From an uncultured delta proteobacterium (lineage in GTDB: Bacteria; Myxococcota_A; Polyangia; Fen-1088), in contig CAWCMR010000008.1 in assembly GCA_963796685.1 (NCBI GenBank), positions 780,553 to 844,552 of the forward strand: DNA of 64,000 bases. The letters run 5' to 3'. The notes below the pieces were generated by a model. That model was not told the DNA's origin, searched no databases, and saw nothing but the letters and a program-made list of their open reading frames with translations. This document shows positions 18,875-30,231 of this stretch, in pieces. Both the position numbers and the translations under genes were made by a program. Numbering within the stretch: position 1 is the first letter of the stretch; the number at the start of each line of letters is the position of its first letter.

Positions 18875-19240
18875 CTACGGTCCCTGACGAGGCATGCACT
18901 GGTGGTACGGGACGCCGCCCGGGGGAGCCACGATTTCACGGCACTCTTCCGTGCGCGGGCAGTCCGGATCCTCGGTACACGCCACGCCGACGGCCAGCCA
19001 GCCCCCTGCGGCGAACACCGCGATGGCGCCAAGCGCAGTAGTCGCCATACCGGCCGCGGCCACACTGCCGTGATGTTCATGATCGCCCACGACCCAGGCC
19101 GTGCCACCGGCGGCCAGTAGGCCAACACCCAGGGCGGCCAGGGTCTTGGGCCCCGCGTACGGCCGCGCGCAGCCTGCGCCCAGCAGACCGGCGACGGCCA
19201 GGCACAAGCACGCACGTTCGAAGAGACGACCCGAGCCCAT
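18875..19240 (-). CDS. Hypothetical lipoprotein/membrane protein with Cys-rich tail
   Basis: Lipobox LGAGC, two hydrophobic segments, CTEDPDCPRTEEC. Confidence 0.6.
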   Translation of the reverse strand: MGSGRLFERACLCLAVAGLLGAGCARPYAGPKTLAALGVGLLAAGGTAWVVGDHEHHGSVAAAGMATTALGAIAVFAAGGWLAVGVACTEDPDCPRTEECREIVAPPGGVPYHQCMPRQGP

Positions 19241-19341
19241 GGAATGGGCATTGTGCCACGACGGTCCGCGGCTGTCGCGGGCTGGCGATAAGTCGCCGCT
19301 TCTTGGAGCGCGGGCCGGGCCGACATATGCTGAAGCGGTCT

Positions 19342-20547
19342 ATGGCGAAGAGCACGACCCCTACGGTGAAAATTGGATCGCGTGGCCGCGCGCGCTTGGC
19401 CAGCGGCCATCCCTGGATCTACCGTCAGGACGTGGTGGCCGGTCCAGAGCGGGACGCGCGCAGCGACGGCCCCGCCCTGGTGCTGGTGACGGACGAACGC
19501 AACCGGCCTCTCGGCATCGCGACCTGGTCTCTGGAATCGCCGGTCGCCCTGCGCATTCTCCAGCGCCTGAACCAAAGCGAGGGGCCGCCCGACCTGCTAC
19601 AAATCGTCGAGGCTCGACTTGGGCTGGCGCGAGCCCGTCGCGCCGGGCTCGCGCTCGATCGCGACGCCTTTCGCGTGGTTCACGGCGAAAGCGACGCCCT
19701 ACCCGGCCTGTTCATCGACGTCTATGCCGACGCCGCCGTCATGCAAACCACCTCGGTGGCCATGAATGCGCATCGGGCGCAGATTGCCAGCATGGCCCGG
19801 ACCATGCTGGGTGTCCGGCTGGTCATCGCCCGCGACGACGGATCGGCTCGCGACTTCGAGGGGCTGCCACGCAGCCGCGAGATCCTGTGCGGCGAAGGAA
19901 GCACCGCGATCACGTATCGGCTGGGCCAGAACCGCCTGACGGCCGATCTGCTCGCCGACAGCAAGACCGGCGGCTTTCTCGACCAGGCCGACAACCACGC
20001 GCTGGTGGCAACTCTGGCACCAGCAGGCGCGCGCTGCCTCGACGCCTTCACCTACCACGGGGGATTCGCCCTGGCGCTCGCGCGCAAAGGCGGCCCGGTG
20101 CTGGCCACCGACGAGGACGCGCAGGCTGTGGCGCGCACGAGCGCGAACGCAGCCCGCAATGGGCTGCGCAATTTGACCGCCCGGCAGGCCAATGCCTTCG
20201 ATCTCCTGCGCACGCTCGAGGCCGAGCGCGAGCGCTTCGACGTCGTGGTGCTCGATCCTCCGGCCCTGGCCAAGCGCAAGAGCGGCGACAACGCCGCCGA
20301 GCGCGCCTATCGCGAGATCATCCTGCGCGGTCTGCGCCTCGCGGTGCCCGATGGCCTGGTGGTGGCATGCTCGTGCTCGGGGCGCATCTCGCGCGAGCAA
20401 TTCGACCACATCGTCGCCGAGGCCGGCGCGGACTGTGGCCGCTCCGTGCAGGTTCTGGCCCGCATGGGCGCCGGGCGCGACCATCCGGAGCTGGTCGGTG
20501 TGCCGGAAACCGGCCACCTCAAGTGCTGGATCATGAGAGCGCTCTAG
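19342..20547 (+). CDS. RlmI-like class I SAM-dependent rRNA methyltransferase
   Basis: GHPWIY (PUA), HGESDALPGL, KTGGFLDQ, LDAFTYHGGF, VVLDPP, ACSCS, DHP. Confidence 0.9.
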   Translation: MAKSTTPTVKIGSRGRARLASGHPWIYRQDVVAGPERDARSDGPALVLVTDERNRPLGIATWSLESPVALRILQRLNQSEGPPDLLQIVEARLGLARARRAGLALDRDAFRVVHGESDALPGLFIDVYADAAVMQTTSVAMNAHRAQIASMARTMLGVRLVIARDDGSARDFEGLPRSREILCGEGSTAITYRLGQNRLTADLLADSKTGGFLDQADNHALVATLAPAGARCLDAFTYHGGFALALARKGGPVLATDEDAQAVARTSANAARNGLRNLTARQANAFDLLRTLEAERERFDVVVLDPPALAKRKSGDNAAERAYREIILRGLRLAVPDGLVVACSCSGRISREQFDHIVAEAGADCGRSVQVLARMGAGRDHPELVGVPETGHLKCWIMRAL

Positions 20548-20709
20548 GAGGCTGGTGTTAATCGGCGTACCGAGCTCTGGCGGAGCGAGGAGCCCCGGCC
20601 GCGAGGCGCGAGGAGGGCGAATACTGGACGTTTTGAACCGACGAGCAACGAAGCGGGCAGGGCCCGCAGCCCGCCAAGCGACGGGCGCCGTTTGACACCA
20701 GCCTCCTAG
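20544..20709. mobile_element. MITE-like element with 14-bp TIRs and CTAG flanks
   Basis: CTAG-gaggctggtgttaa (20548-20561) ... ttgacaccagcctc (20692-20705)-CTAG; one mismatch between TIRs; no coding capacity. Confidence 0.75.
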
Positions 20710-23675
20710 AACCAGACGCGCGCACCCAAGCGCCCACTGATGGGCAATTGGTAGGAGGTCGCGTGAAGGTAGTTGGCGTTGTTCGGGGAAGCGAAACCCG
20801 CTGCACAGGTGGTATTCGCGCAGGTTTGTCCATAGTTGTCGGCGAGAGGGACTTGTGAAAGCTTCGTGCCAGGCGTCGCCGGCATGACCTGGTCATAGGT
20901 GTACGTCGGATCCACCGTTAGCACTGTCTTTTGGTTGAAGACGTTGAAGATATCAATGAAGGCCTCGACGGATAGAGCATTCGAGAGCTTGGTCCGGTAG
21001 GAAAAGTGCGCGTCGAGCTGGGTGACGAACGGGGTTCGGCCAGCCGATCCGCGTGGGAGGATAAAGGTTTCGTCCGTTCCTTCAAAAGGCGCGGTGCCGA
21101 GGGGTGTGACGGGTTGGCCGGAATGCCCCACAAAACCGAGCCCAGGCGAAAAAGCGTGCTGCCCCCAAACGAACCGGTAATACCCATCCAAGTGAATGAC
21201 GTGCGGCCGATCGTTGGGCAGCGGGCCGTATCGGTTCGCCATCAATTCTCTAACATCGTATTGGGTCGAGTTATTCGGACTGAGCTGCCCGTTGTCCTCA
21301 TCGTAGAGCCCGGTATAATTGCCCATGGTGCGGGAATAGGTATAGGAACCGGCGAAAAACCAGCTTTTGGCAATCCGCTTGGCCGCCGTGAGTTGAAGCC
21401 CTTTGTAGGTTCGCACCGGCTTGGGGTCCGTGGGGTTGGCCAAGATCGTTGGACCGGTTCCATCGGCGAGGCTACCCCCCGTGTCCTCGACGATCCTGCC
21501 CAGCCAGCGATAAATAACCGACCCTCCAATGATGAGGTCGGGCAAGAGCTGGTATTGGCCGCCAACGACGACTTCGTTGTTGTAGCTGCCTTTGATGTTG
21601 GGTTGTACCAAGAGCCTCGGACTGGTGATGGGGTAGGGAAGGCCGTTGACGGCGCCGGAAGGCAAATAGTCCGTCGCCAGCGCTCCCTGTCCGCCAAATG
21701 CGCGGACGGCAAGATCCATCGGAATGGATTCATAGTACTGGCCGTAGTGTGCAAAGACCTTGGAGCGACCTTCCTTGGTCGGGTCGTAGACCACGCCGAT
21801 CCGTGGTGCGAGCGAATTGTTAATCGAGAGTGCGGTGTTGCCCATGTAATCTGTCAGCCGCTGCGCTTCCCAACGAACGCCCAGATTCACGGTCAAGTTG
21901 GACAAGGGCATGTAAGCTTCTTGTATAAACGCCCCATTGTTGAATGCACGGGTCTTGGACTGAACCGAATCTTGATAGCCGTCCCGATAGAGCGAGTAGA
22001 CGGTTGAGCTTGAGTCCGGCCAGATCTGGACGGAGCCGCGCGATCCATCTAATCCTGAGTTCGACACCCTGTCGCTGTATTGATTGAATTCGTAGTCGAT
22101 TCCGTATTTGAGCTCGTGCGAGCCAAGCGCCGTGAAGATGTTGGTGCTCTTGATCTGGCCCGCCAGCCGAAACGCCGAAGTGTCATGCATGAGCCCATAC
22201 CCACCGGATTGATATCCCTGCGCCGGGCACGGCTGAAAATTCGAATTCTCGCCAGGCTGCGGTGTGCAAGGCCCTGCCAGCACCGGGTTGAACTGCGCGA
22301 GCGGCTGCTGCGGATTGTACCAAGTCACGTCGTTCATACTCTCGGCGTCGCCATAGGGCGAATGTTGCGAGAAGCCTTCCGTGTGCAATCCCAAGGTGGC
22401 GTCCAGGCGCCAGCGGCGCTGAAAGAACGCCGATTGCCAGTGCGCGATGATGTCCTGACGATTGATCTGATCGTGTGTCATGCCCGCCAGCAGATCCATG
22501 TTCGCGCCGCGCATATATTCCTGGTCTTTACGAATGCCGACGAGGCTCAGGCTCAAGGTCTGATCTGGCCCGATGCGCCAGGTCAGCTTGCCAGCGTAGT
22601 TCTGCGTGGTCGATTCGCCGGGAATCACGCGGCTGAAAAGGGGCTGGACCACGGGCGAACCGTTCGGGTTCGTGTCGGGGGCGCCATCTCCATTCTTGTC
22701 AACGAAGCGATCCGTGTACTGAATGAAGTTGCTACGACCGATCTCGGGAACGTAGCCCATCCAGATAAAGAGCTTGTCCTTGATGATCGGGCCACCGACT
22801 TCGAGACCCATTTGGGTGGTGTAGTCGGGCTGCGTGGTACCGGTCAGCACCGTAGAGCCGCTCAAGATCCGCTGCGGGCTTCCCGCCATCCCCCCGGGTT
22901 CGACCCAGGAAAACGCGCTCCCTTTCCATTCGTTGGTACCCGACTTCAAGGCCATGTTGACGACGCCGCCCATAGCGCGACCATACTCCGCGCCGTAACC
23001 CGAGCTCACGACCTCGGCTTCCTCAAGAAAAGCCACGTTCAGATTCGTTGCAAGCATGCCATAGCGCAACGAGGTTACGTTGAGCCCTTCGAGGTAGTAG
23101 GCGTTGTCCGCCCCTGTGCCGCCCGCCAACGAGACGCCGGGGTCACCTTGGTAACCGGCCGGCGTCTCCGCGTATCCTCCCGGCGTCTTCTGCATCAATG
23201 ACGCGACATCGGCCCCAGCGTTGGGAATGCCATCGATGAAATCCGATCCGAAGGTGGTGCCGATGCGGGACGAGCCGACATCGATGAGGGGCGGGCTGTA
23301 GGTTGGGGCCACCGTCGCGACCTCGTCGGGAAGCGCGGGAAGACGCATGTTCACGCGCATCACCTTGTCCACGGACACCGTCGCCTCGCGCTCGCCCAAC
23401 ACGTCGCCACGATGAAATCGGACCGTGTACTTCCCGATAGGTAGCGCGCGAAACTGATAGCCGCCCTTTGCGTCGGTGAAAGCTGCCCGATCGCCCTCGG
23501 GCCCGCTCGCGATGACGGTCACGCCCGGGACGGGTTGCGCGGTGTCGAGATCGCGCACCTGGCCCAGGATCGCCCCCTCGGTGGGGGCCGCCGCCCGCGC
23601 CACGGGGATCTCGACGAGGATCGAGGCAGCCATCATGGCCAGAGCTGACCACGCGATTGGATGGAATCGATTCAT
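20706..23675 (-). CDS. TonB-dependent receptor, Oar-like, with carboxypeptidase-regulatory-like N-domain
   Basis: Signal peptide, GQVRD...TDAKGGY, GYGAEYGRAMGGVVN...KSGTN, GGPIIKDKLF, NLGVRWE, C-terminal Phe. Confidence 0.9.
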   Translation of the reverse strand: MNRFHPIAWSALAMMAASILVEIPVARAAAPTEGAILGQVRDLDTAQPVPGVTVIASGPEGDRAAFTDAKGGYQFRALPIGKYTVRFHRGDVLGEREATVSVDKVMRVNMRLPALPDEVATVAPTYSPPLIDVGSSRIGTTFGSDFIDGIPNAGADVASLMQKTPGGYAETPAGYQGDPGVSLAGGTGADNAYYLEGLNVTSLRYGMLATNLNVAFLEEAEVVSSGYGAEYGRAMGGVVNMALKSGTNEWKGSAFSWVEPGGMAGSPQRILSGSTVLTGTTQPDYTTQMGLEVGGPIIKDKLFIWMGYVPEIGRSNFIQYTDRFVDKNGDGAPDTNPNGSPVVQPLFSRVIPGESTTQNYAGKLTWRIGPDQTLSLSLVGIRKDQEYMRGANMDLLAGMTHDQINRQDIIAHWQSAFFQRRWRLDATLGLHTEGFSQHSPYGDAESMNDVTWYNPQQPLAQFNPVLAGPCTPQPGENSNFQPCPAQGYQSGGYGLMHDTSAFRLAGQIKSTNIFTALGSHELKYGIDYEFNQYSDRVSNSGLDGSRGSVQIWPDSSSTVYSLYRDGYQDSVQSKTRAFNNGAFIQEAYMPLSNLTVNLGVRWEAQRLTDYMGNTALSINNSLAPRIGVVYDPTKEGRSKVFAHYGQYYESIPMDLAVRAFGGQGALATDYLPSGAVNGLPYPITSPRLLVQPNIKGSYNNEVVVGGQYQLLPDLIIGGSVIYRWLGRIVEDTGGSLADGTGPTILANPTDPKPVRTYKGLQLTAAKRIAKSWFFAGSYTYSRTMGNYTGLYDEDNGQLSPNNSTQYDVRELMANRYGPLPNDRPHVIHLDGYYRFVWGQHAFSPGLGFVGHSGQPVTPLGTAPFEGTDETFILPRGSAGRTPFVTQLDAHFSYRTKLSNALSVEAFIDIFNVFNQKTVLTVDPTYTYDQVMPATPGTKLSQVPLADNYGQTCANTTCAAGFASPNNANYLHATSYQLPISGRLGARVWF

Positions 23676-23859
23676 ACTGATGGGCCTCTCCTGCGCAGCA
23701 ATCCGCGGCGTGTTGACAGATCGGCGGAAGTCAGCGTCACCTTTAAGGAATTCATTGTCAAGGGCCGGACAAAGCGTCAGACGGTCAGACTCGTCACACC
23801 CATGCCAACGCCGCACCTTGGAGCGAATCTCCAAGCGCCTGGTAAATGCCCGAGGCGCT

Positions 23860-25344
23860 CTACTCGAGCACGGTATCGCCCATCAGGAAGCGGTCGATGC
23901 CGATGGCGGCATCCCGGCCTTCGGCGATCGCCCACACCACCAGCGACTGGCCGCGCGACATGTCGCCCGCGGAGAAGACCCCGGGTACGCTGGTCTGCTT
24001 GTTCGCGTCGACTGCGACGTTGCCGCGCCCATCGAGCTTCACGCCGAGATCGGCGAGCAGCCCTGCTCTCTCGGGGCCGAGAAAGCCCATGGCCAAGAGC
24101 ACCAGATCGGCCGGCAGCTCGCGCGCGGTTCCCGGCACCTCTTCGATCTTGGGCGGTCCGCTCGGCTGGGCCACGAAACGAACCTCCACCACCTCGATGG
24201 CGCGCACGTGGCCCTGGTCGTCGCCGAGCATGCGCTTGGTTTGCACCTGGAAGCGACGCGGATCCTTGCCAAAGATGGCGGCGGCCTCTTCCTGACCGTA
24301 GTCCATGCGAAAGATCTTCGGCCACTGCGGCCAGGGATTGTCGAGGGCGCGCGTCTCCGGCGGACGCGTGAGCAGCTCCAATTGCACCAGGCTCTTGCAG
24401 TCGTGGCGCATGGACGTGCCCACGCAATCGGTACCGGTGTCGCCGCCACCGATAACGATGACATGCTTGTCCTTGGCCGAAATCAACCCCGCCGCCGCCT
24501 TGCTGCCGTCGAGCAGGTGCTTGGTGTTGGCGGTCAGGAACTCCATGGCAAAGTGTACGCCCGCGAGCTTGCGGCCCTCGACAGGCAGATCGCGCGGCAC
24601 GGTCGAGCCGCCGCACAGGGCGATGGCGTCGAATTCCTGGCGCAGCTTCTCGGTCGGGAAGGTCTTGCCCACCTCGGTGTTGACCCGAAACTCGACCCCC
24701 TCCTCGGCCAATAGCTTGATCCGGCGCTCGACGATGCCCTTGTCGAGCTTCATGGCCGGGATGCCGTACATCATCAGGCCGCCGATGCGATCGGCGCGCT
24801 CGAACACGGTGACCGAATGGCCGGCCATGTTCAGCTCGGCGGCACAGGCCAGACCGGCGGGGCCAGAGCCGACCACCGCGACCTTCTTGCCCGTGCGGAA
24901 GCTGGGCGGGCTTGCCACCACCCAGCCCTCGGCAAAGGCCCGATCGGCGATGGCGGCCTCGTTGACCTTGATGGTGACCGGCGGGGCGTTGATGCCGAGC
25001 ACGCACGAGCCCTCGCAAGGCGCCGGACACACGCGGCCGGTGACCTCGGGAAAATTGTTGGTGCGGTGCAAGCGGTCGATGGCCTCGCGCCAGCGGCCCT
25101 TGTAAATGAGGTCGTTCCACTCGGGAATCAAGTTGTGCAGCGGACACCCGCTGGCAAGACCATCGATCATCTTGCCGGTGTGACAGAAGGGAACGCCGCA
25201 GTCCATGCACCGCGCTCCCTGCTCGCGCATGGTGGCTTCGGGCAAATGCTTGTGGAACTCGCCGAAGTCGGCGACCCGCTCGCGCGGTGGCCGGTCTTCG
25301 GGGACGATACGATTGAACTCCAGGAATCCTGTTGGCTGGCCCAT
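23860..25344 (-). CDS. gltD: Glutamate synthase small subunit
   Basis: RCMDCGVPFC, GRVCPAPCE, GSGPAGL, GGGDTGTDC, RGQSLVVWAI. Confidence 0.97.
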   Translation of the reverse strand: MGQPTGFLEFNRIVPEDRPPRERVADFGEFHKHLPEATMREQGARCMDCGVPFCHTGKMIDGLASGCPLHNLIPEWNDLIYKGRWREAIDRLHRTNNFPEVTGRVCPAPCEGSCVLGINAPPVTIKVNEAAIADRAFAEGWVVASPPSFRTGKKVAVVGSGPAGLACAAELNMAGHSVTVFERADRIGGLMMYGIPAMKLDKGIVERRIKLLAEEGVEFRVNTEVGKTFPTEKLRQEFDAIALCGGSTVPRDLPVEGRKLAGVHFAMEFLTANTKHLLDGSKAAAGLISAKDKHVIVIGGGDTGTDCVGTSMRHDCKSLVQLELLTRPPETRALDNPWPQWPKIFRMDYGQEEAAAIFGKDPRRFQVQTKRMLGDDQGHVRAIEVVEVRFVAQPSGPPKIEEVPGTARELPADLVLLAMGFLGPERAGLLADLGVKLDGRGNVAVDANKQTSVPGVFSAGDMSRGQSLVVWAIAEGRDAAIGIDRFLMGDTVLE

Positions 25345-25349
25345 TCCTG

Positions 25350-28300
25350 TTACTTTCCGTAGATTCGGGCGGCGTCTTTGGAATTGAGCTCGAAAGCGGC
25401 CATTTCCGCCTCCTCGCGCGACATGCCGGTTGCCAGCATCTTGTTCTGCGCCTCCAGCACGCGGCGATAGTCGTGCGGAATCACGCGCACGAACAGCGGC
25501 CGGAAGAGCGACCAGCTGACCAGCACGTTGTGGGCGCGCTTGCTGCCCGTCAGCTCGTGGTGACGCCGGAGCATGCCCAGGACCAGCTCGATCTCCGCCG
25601 GATCGTCGAGGGGACCGGTGCCCACCATCTCGGTGTTGCAGTTTCGCCTCATCTCGCGGTTCTCGTCGAGAACGTAGGCCATGCCGCCCGACATGCCGGC
25701 GGCGAAATTGCGCCCCGTGGGCCCCAGGATGACGACCCTACCGCCGGTCATGTATTCGCAGCCGTGGTCGCCCACGCCTTCGACCACGGCGTTGGCGCCG
25801 CTGTTGCGTACGGCGAAGCGCTCGCCGGCCAGCCCGCGAATGTAGACCTCACCGCTCGTCGCCCCGTACAGCGCCACGTTGCCCACGATGACGTTTTGTT
25901 CGACCACGAAGGTGGCCTCCGCCGGCGGGAACACCACCAGCTTGCCGCCCGAGAGGCCCTTGCCGAGATAGTCGTTGGCGTCGCCCTCCAGGGTGAAGGT
26001 CACCCCCCTCGGCACGAAGGCCATGAAGCTTTGCCCGGCCGAGCCCTCGAAATGGACCTGGATGGTGTCCTCGGGCAGACCCGAGGGACCATAGCGCCGC
26101 GTGATCTCGCTGCCCAAACGCGTGCCCACGGTCCGGTTGACGTTGCGAATCGCCAGGTTCGCACGCACCGTTCGCTTCTCATCGAGCGCCGGCCGGCACA
26201 TCGGGATGAGGCGACTGTCGTCGAGCTCGTTTTCCAGGCCGTGGTTCTGCGCTATCGTACAGTGACGGCCGACGCTGTCCGCGACCTTGGGCTGGTGCAG
26301 GATGGCGCTCAAATCCACGCCCTTGGCTTTCCAGTGGTCGACGGCCTTTCGCAGCTCCAGACATTCCGTGTGCCCCACGGCCTCGGCCAGGGTGCGGAAA
26401 CCGAGCTGGGCGAGCAACTCTCGTACATCGCGGGCCACGAAACGCATGAAGTTGACGACGTGCTCGGGCTTGCCGGCGAAGCGCTCGCGCAGCTCAGGAT
26501 CCTGGGTGGCGATGCCGGCCGGGCAGGTGTTGAGGTGGCACGCACGCATCATGATACAGCCCAGGGAAACCAGCGGTGCCGACGCGAAGCCGAACTCCTC
26601 GGCGCCGAGCAGGGCGGCCACCACGACATCGCGCCCGGTCTTGAGCTGGCCATCGGTCTCGACCGCGACGCGGCTGCGCAAATCGTTGAGCAGGAGGACC
26701 TGGTGGGTTTCCGCCAGACCGAGCTCCCACGGTCCGCCCGCGTGCTTGATGCTGGTAAGCGGCGACGCGCCGGTCCCGCCGTCGTGGCCGCTGATGAGGA
26801 TGACGTCGGCCCTGGCCTTGGCCACGCCGGCCGCGACCGTTCCCACACCCACCTCGGCCACCAGCTTCACGCTGATACGCGCCCAATCGTTGGCGCACTT
26901 GAGATCGTGGATGAGCTGGGCCAGATCCTCGATGGAGTAGATGTCGTGATGGGGCGGTGGCGAAATCAGGCCGACCCCGGGGGTGCTGTGGCGGACCTTG
27001 GCGATCCAAGGATAGACCTTCTTGCCGGGTAGCTGGCCGCCCTCGCCGGGCTTCGCCCCTTGGGCCATCTTGATCTGGAGCTCGGAGGCGTTGGTCAGGT
27101 AGTCGCTGGTGACGCCGAAACGCCCCGAGGCTACCTGCTTGATGGCGCTGCGCTTGGAATCGCCGCTCGGCAGCAGCTTGAAGCGCTCGGGATCCTCGCC
27201 GCCCTCGCCCGTGTTGCTGCGACCGCCGAGACGATTCATGGCGATGGCCAACGTCTCGTGCGCCTCTTTGCTGATCGAACCGTAGGACATGGCGCCGGTC
27301 TTGAAGCGCTTGACGATGTCCTCGAGCGGCTCGACCTCGTCGATGGCGATGGGTTTGCGCGACGACTTGAGCTCCATGAGGCCGCGCAGGGTGTTCAGGT
27401 TCTTCGACTGATCGTTGATGAGCAGGGCGTACTGCTTGAACGTGTCGTAGCTCTCGGTGCGAACCGCGTGTTGCAACTTGGCGATGGCCTCGGGACTGAA
27501 CAGGTGGTTCTCGCCCTCGCTGCGGTAGCGATACTCGCCCCCCGAATCGAGGCCCGGGCGGCGCACGGGCCGGCTGGGGTAGCCCCGGGCGTGACGGCGG
27601 CGCGCCTCTTCGGCGATCACGTCGAGGCCGACGCCACCGATACGCGACGCGGTCCCGGTGAAGTAGCGATCGACCACATCTTTGCGCAGACCGATGGCTT
27701 CAAAGACCTGGGCGCCATGGTAGCTCTGCACGGTCGAGATGCCCATCTTCGAGATGACCTTGACCACGCCCTTGACCGCGGAGCTGATGTAGTTCTTGCG
27801 TGCCTTCTCGGGCTTGGCCTTGACCACCCCCTGGCGCACCAGATCGTCGACGGTTTCGAGCGCCAAGTAGGGGTCGATGGCGCTGGCCCCGAAGCCGATG
27901 AGCAGACAGAAGTCGTGCACCTCGCGCGGCTCGCCGCTCTCGACGACGATGCAGGTTTGCGTGCGCGTGGCCTCGCGCAAGAGGTGGTGATGCACCGCCG
28001 CGCAGGCGAGCAGCGAGGGGATGGGCGCCAACTCGCGGCTGTGCTCGCGATCGGAAAGAATGACCACCGCGCACCCCTCGCGCACGGCGGCCGCCGCCTT
28101 GGCGCACAGATCGTCGAGCGCCTCGCGCAGAGCCGTCTCGCCGCCGGCGGCGCGGAACAGGGAGGGGAGCGTGCGCGAGCGGAAGCCGCGGCTCTTGGCC
28201 GAACCGTCGAGGGCGCGCAGTTGCTCGCTCTCGGCGTTGTACAGCACCGGCCCCTGCAGATCGATCTGGTGGGCCGACTCGGGCTGGGGATCGAACAAGT

Positions 28301-29984
28301 TTCGTTCGGGGCCGATGGTGGTGCCCGCGGCCATGATGAGCTCTTCGCGGATGGCGTCCACCGGCGGATTGGTCACCTGGGCGAAGAGCTGCTTGAAGTA
28401 GCTGAACAGGTTCGGCGAACGATTCGACAGCACGGCCAGGGGTGTATCGGTGCCCATCGAGCCGATGCCTTCGCCGCCGATCTCGGCCATGGGCGTAAGC
28501 AGGCGGAGGTCCTCGGTGGTGTAGCCGAACGTGCGTTGGCTGGTTTCGAGCGCCACAGGATCGAGCGGCGGCTTGGCCTCTCCCGGCGGAAGCTCGAACA
28601 GAAACACGCGCTGCTGGTCCAGCCACTCGATGTACGGGCGCTCCGTCGAGATCCTTTCCTTGATCTCCTCGTCGGCGATCAGGCGCTTCTCGGAGGTATC
28701 GACCAGAAACATCCGGCCGGGTTGAATACGGCCCTTGAAAGCGACCTCGGCGGGCGGGATGTCGAGCACCCCGGTTTCCGACGCCATGACCACCATGCCG
28801 CCCTTGGTGACGGTGTAGCGCAGGGGCCGCAGGCCGTTGCGGTCGAGCACGCAGCCGATCTGCACGCCGTCGCTGAAGGCCACCGCGGCCGGGCCGTCCC
28901 ACGGCTCCATCAGACAAGAGTGGTATTCGTAGAAGGCGCGCTTCTCGGGGCTCATGGTCTTGTGCTTGTGCCACGGCTCCGGAATCATCATCATCATGGC
29001 GTGCGGCAACGAACGGCCGCCCATGACCAGGGTTTCGAGCACGTTGTCGAACATGGACGAATCGCTGCCCGACTGGTCGACCACGGGATGCAGGTGCTTG
29101 ATGTCGTCGCCGAAGAGCGGCGAGGCCAGGATGCTCTCGCGCGCGCTCATCCAGTTGACGTTGCCGCGCAGGGTGTTGATCTCCCCGTTGTGCGCAATCA
29201 TGCGGTAGGGGTGCGCACGCGACCAACTGGGGAAGGTGTTGGTGGAAAAACGCGAGTGGACGAGCGCCAGGGCCGACACCACCGACAAATCCGAGAGATC
29301 CGGGAAATACGAATCGAGCTGCTCGGCGGTGAGCATGCCCTTGTAGACCACGGTCCTGGCCGAGAGGCTGACCACGTAAAAGAGATCCTTCGCGGGGAGG
29401 TCGCTGGCCCGCACCATCTTCTCGGCCGCGCGCCGGACCAGGCACAGCCTACGCTCGAAGGCCGCCGTGTCGGACACGCCCGCGCCGCGCGCGACGAAGA
29501 CCTGGCGAATCCGCGGGCGCGAGAGGATCGCGCTTCTGCCGAGGCCGGTCGGATTGACGGGCACATCTCGCCAGCCGAGCACAGACTGCCCGAGCAGGGT
29601 GACCGCTTGCTCGAACAATTGCTCGCAGCGCTCGGACTGCTGGCTATCCTGGGGCAGGAACACCATGCCCACGCCATACTCCTCGGGTCCCGGCAAGGCG
29701 ATACCGAGCGCGTCGGTCACGTTGCGCAAAAAGGCATCGGGAATTTGCAGCAAGATGCCGGCGCCATCGCCGGTGTTCTCTTCGCAGCCGCAGGCACCAC
29801 GATGAGCCAGGTTTTCCAGCACCTGAATGCCGTTGCGAACGATCCGATTCGACTTCCTTCCCTCGACATCGACCACGAGGCCGACGCCGCACGCGTCGTG
29901 CTCGTGACCCGGATGGTAAAGACCTTCCGCTTGGGGAGGCGAGAGATGGGGCTGCTGGCTTCGGAAGTTGTCCTTGTTGCTCAT
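25350..29984 (-). CDS. gltB: Glutamate synthase large subunit
   Basis: [48 protein letters not shown] repeats; start MSNKDN at 29984. Confidence 0.97.
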   Translation of the reverse strand: MSNKDNFRSQQPHLSPPQAEGLYHPGHEHDACGVGLVVDVEGRKSNRIVRNGIQVLENLAHRGACGCEENTGDGAGILLQIPDAFLRNVTDALGIALPGPEEYGVGMVFLPQDSQQSERCEQLFEQAVTLLGQSVLGWRDVPVNPTGLGRSAILSRPRIRQVFVARGAGVSDTAAFERRLCLVRRAAEKMVRASDLPAKDLFYVVSLSARTVVYKGMLTAEQLDSYFPDLSDLSVVSALALVHSRFSTNTFPSWSRAHPYRMIAHNGEINTLRGNVNWMSARESILASPLFGDDIKHLHPVVDQSGSDSSMFDNVLETLVMGGRSLPHAMMMMIPEPWHKHKTMSPEKRAFYEYHSCLMEPWDGPAAVAFSDGVQIGCVLDRNGLRPLRYTVTKGGMVVMASETGVLDIPPAEVAFKGRIQPGRMFLVDTSEKRLIADEEIKERISTERPYIEWLDQQRVFLFELPPGEAKPPLDPVALETSQRTFGYTTEDLRLLTPMAEIGGEGIGSMGTDTPLAVLSNRSPNLFSYFKQLFAQVTNPPVDAIREELIMAAGTTIGPERNLFDPQPESAHQIDLQGPVLYNAESEQLRALDGSAKSRGFRSRTLPSLFRAAGGETALREALDDLCAKAAAAVREGCAVVILSDREHSRELAPIPSLLACAAVHHHLLREATRTQTCIVVESGEPREVHDFCLLIGFGASAIDPYLALETVDDLVRQGVVKAKPEKARKNYISSAVKGVVKVISKMGISTVQSYHGAQVFEAIGLRKDVVDRYFTGTASRIGGVGLDVIAEEARRRHARGYPSRPVRRPGLDSGGEYRYRSEGENHLFSPEAIAKLQHAVRTESYDTFKQYALLINDQSKNLNTLRGLMELKSSRKPIAIDEVEPLEDIVKRFKTGAMSYGSISKEAHETLAIAMNRLGGRSNTGEGGEDPERFKLLPSGDSKRSAIKQVASGRFGVTSDYLTNASELQIKMAQGAKPGEGGQLPGKKVYPWIAKVRHSTPGVGLISPPPHHDIYSIEDLAQLIHDLKCANDWARISVKLVAEVGVGTVAAGVAKARADVILISGHDGGTGASPLTSIKHAGGPWELGLAETHQVLLLNDLRSRVAVETDGQLKTGRDVVVAALLGAEEFGFASAPLVSLGCIMMRACHLNTCPAGIATQDPELRERFAGKPEHVVNFMRFVARDVRELLAQLGFRTLAEAVGHTECLELRKAVDHWKAKGVDLSAILHQPKVADSVGRHCTIAQNHGLENELDDSRLIPMCRPALDEKRTVRANLAIRNVNRTVGTRLGSEITRRYGPSGLPEDTIQVHFEGSAGQSFMAFVPRGVTFTLEGDANDYLGKGLSGGKLVVFPPAEATFVVEQNVIVGNVALYGATSGEVYIRGLAGERFAVRNSGANAVVEGVGDHGCEYMTGGRVVILGPTGRNFAAGMSGGMAYVLDENREMRRNCNTEMVGTGPLDDPAEIELVLGMLRRHHELTGSKRAHNVLVSWSLFRPLFVRVIPHDYRRVLEAQNKMLATGMSREEAEMAAFELNSKDAARIYGK

Positions 29985-30117
29985 AGGGATGGTTGCTCGG
30001 GCAGGCGAGACGCGCGACCTATCTATATACCTGGTGAGAACCCTAGCGTCCGGGCCTATCGTCGGCAATTCGCAGCCCATGCAAGGCAAAGAAAGTTTCC
30101 CGGCATGAAATGGCTGC

Positions 30118-30193
30118 GAAACAAAGAAGAAACCTATCTTCAACGGCGATCGAACGCCGAAACATGAAAGAGCTCCAGTTACCTTAAAACAAC
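30118..30193 (+). promoter_or_regulatory. GlnR/OmpR-type direct-repeat boxes in the divergent gltB/regulator region
   Basis: GAAAC-n6-GAAAC-n6-TCAAC-n6-CGAAC (30118-30155) and GTTAC-n6-ACAAC (30178-30193). Confidence 0.5.
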
Positions 30194-30231
30194 TGTTGTT
30201 TCTGTTTTGGCTGGGCTATGTTTCGTAACCG

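Noticed and set aside
25332-30167. Long + strand ORFs opposite gltB (566 and 1035 aa)
   Set aside because: Antisense shadows typical of high-GC coding DNA; the same applies to ORFs opposite jetC, leuA and others.
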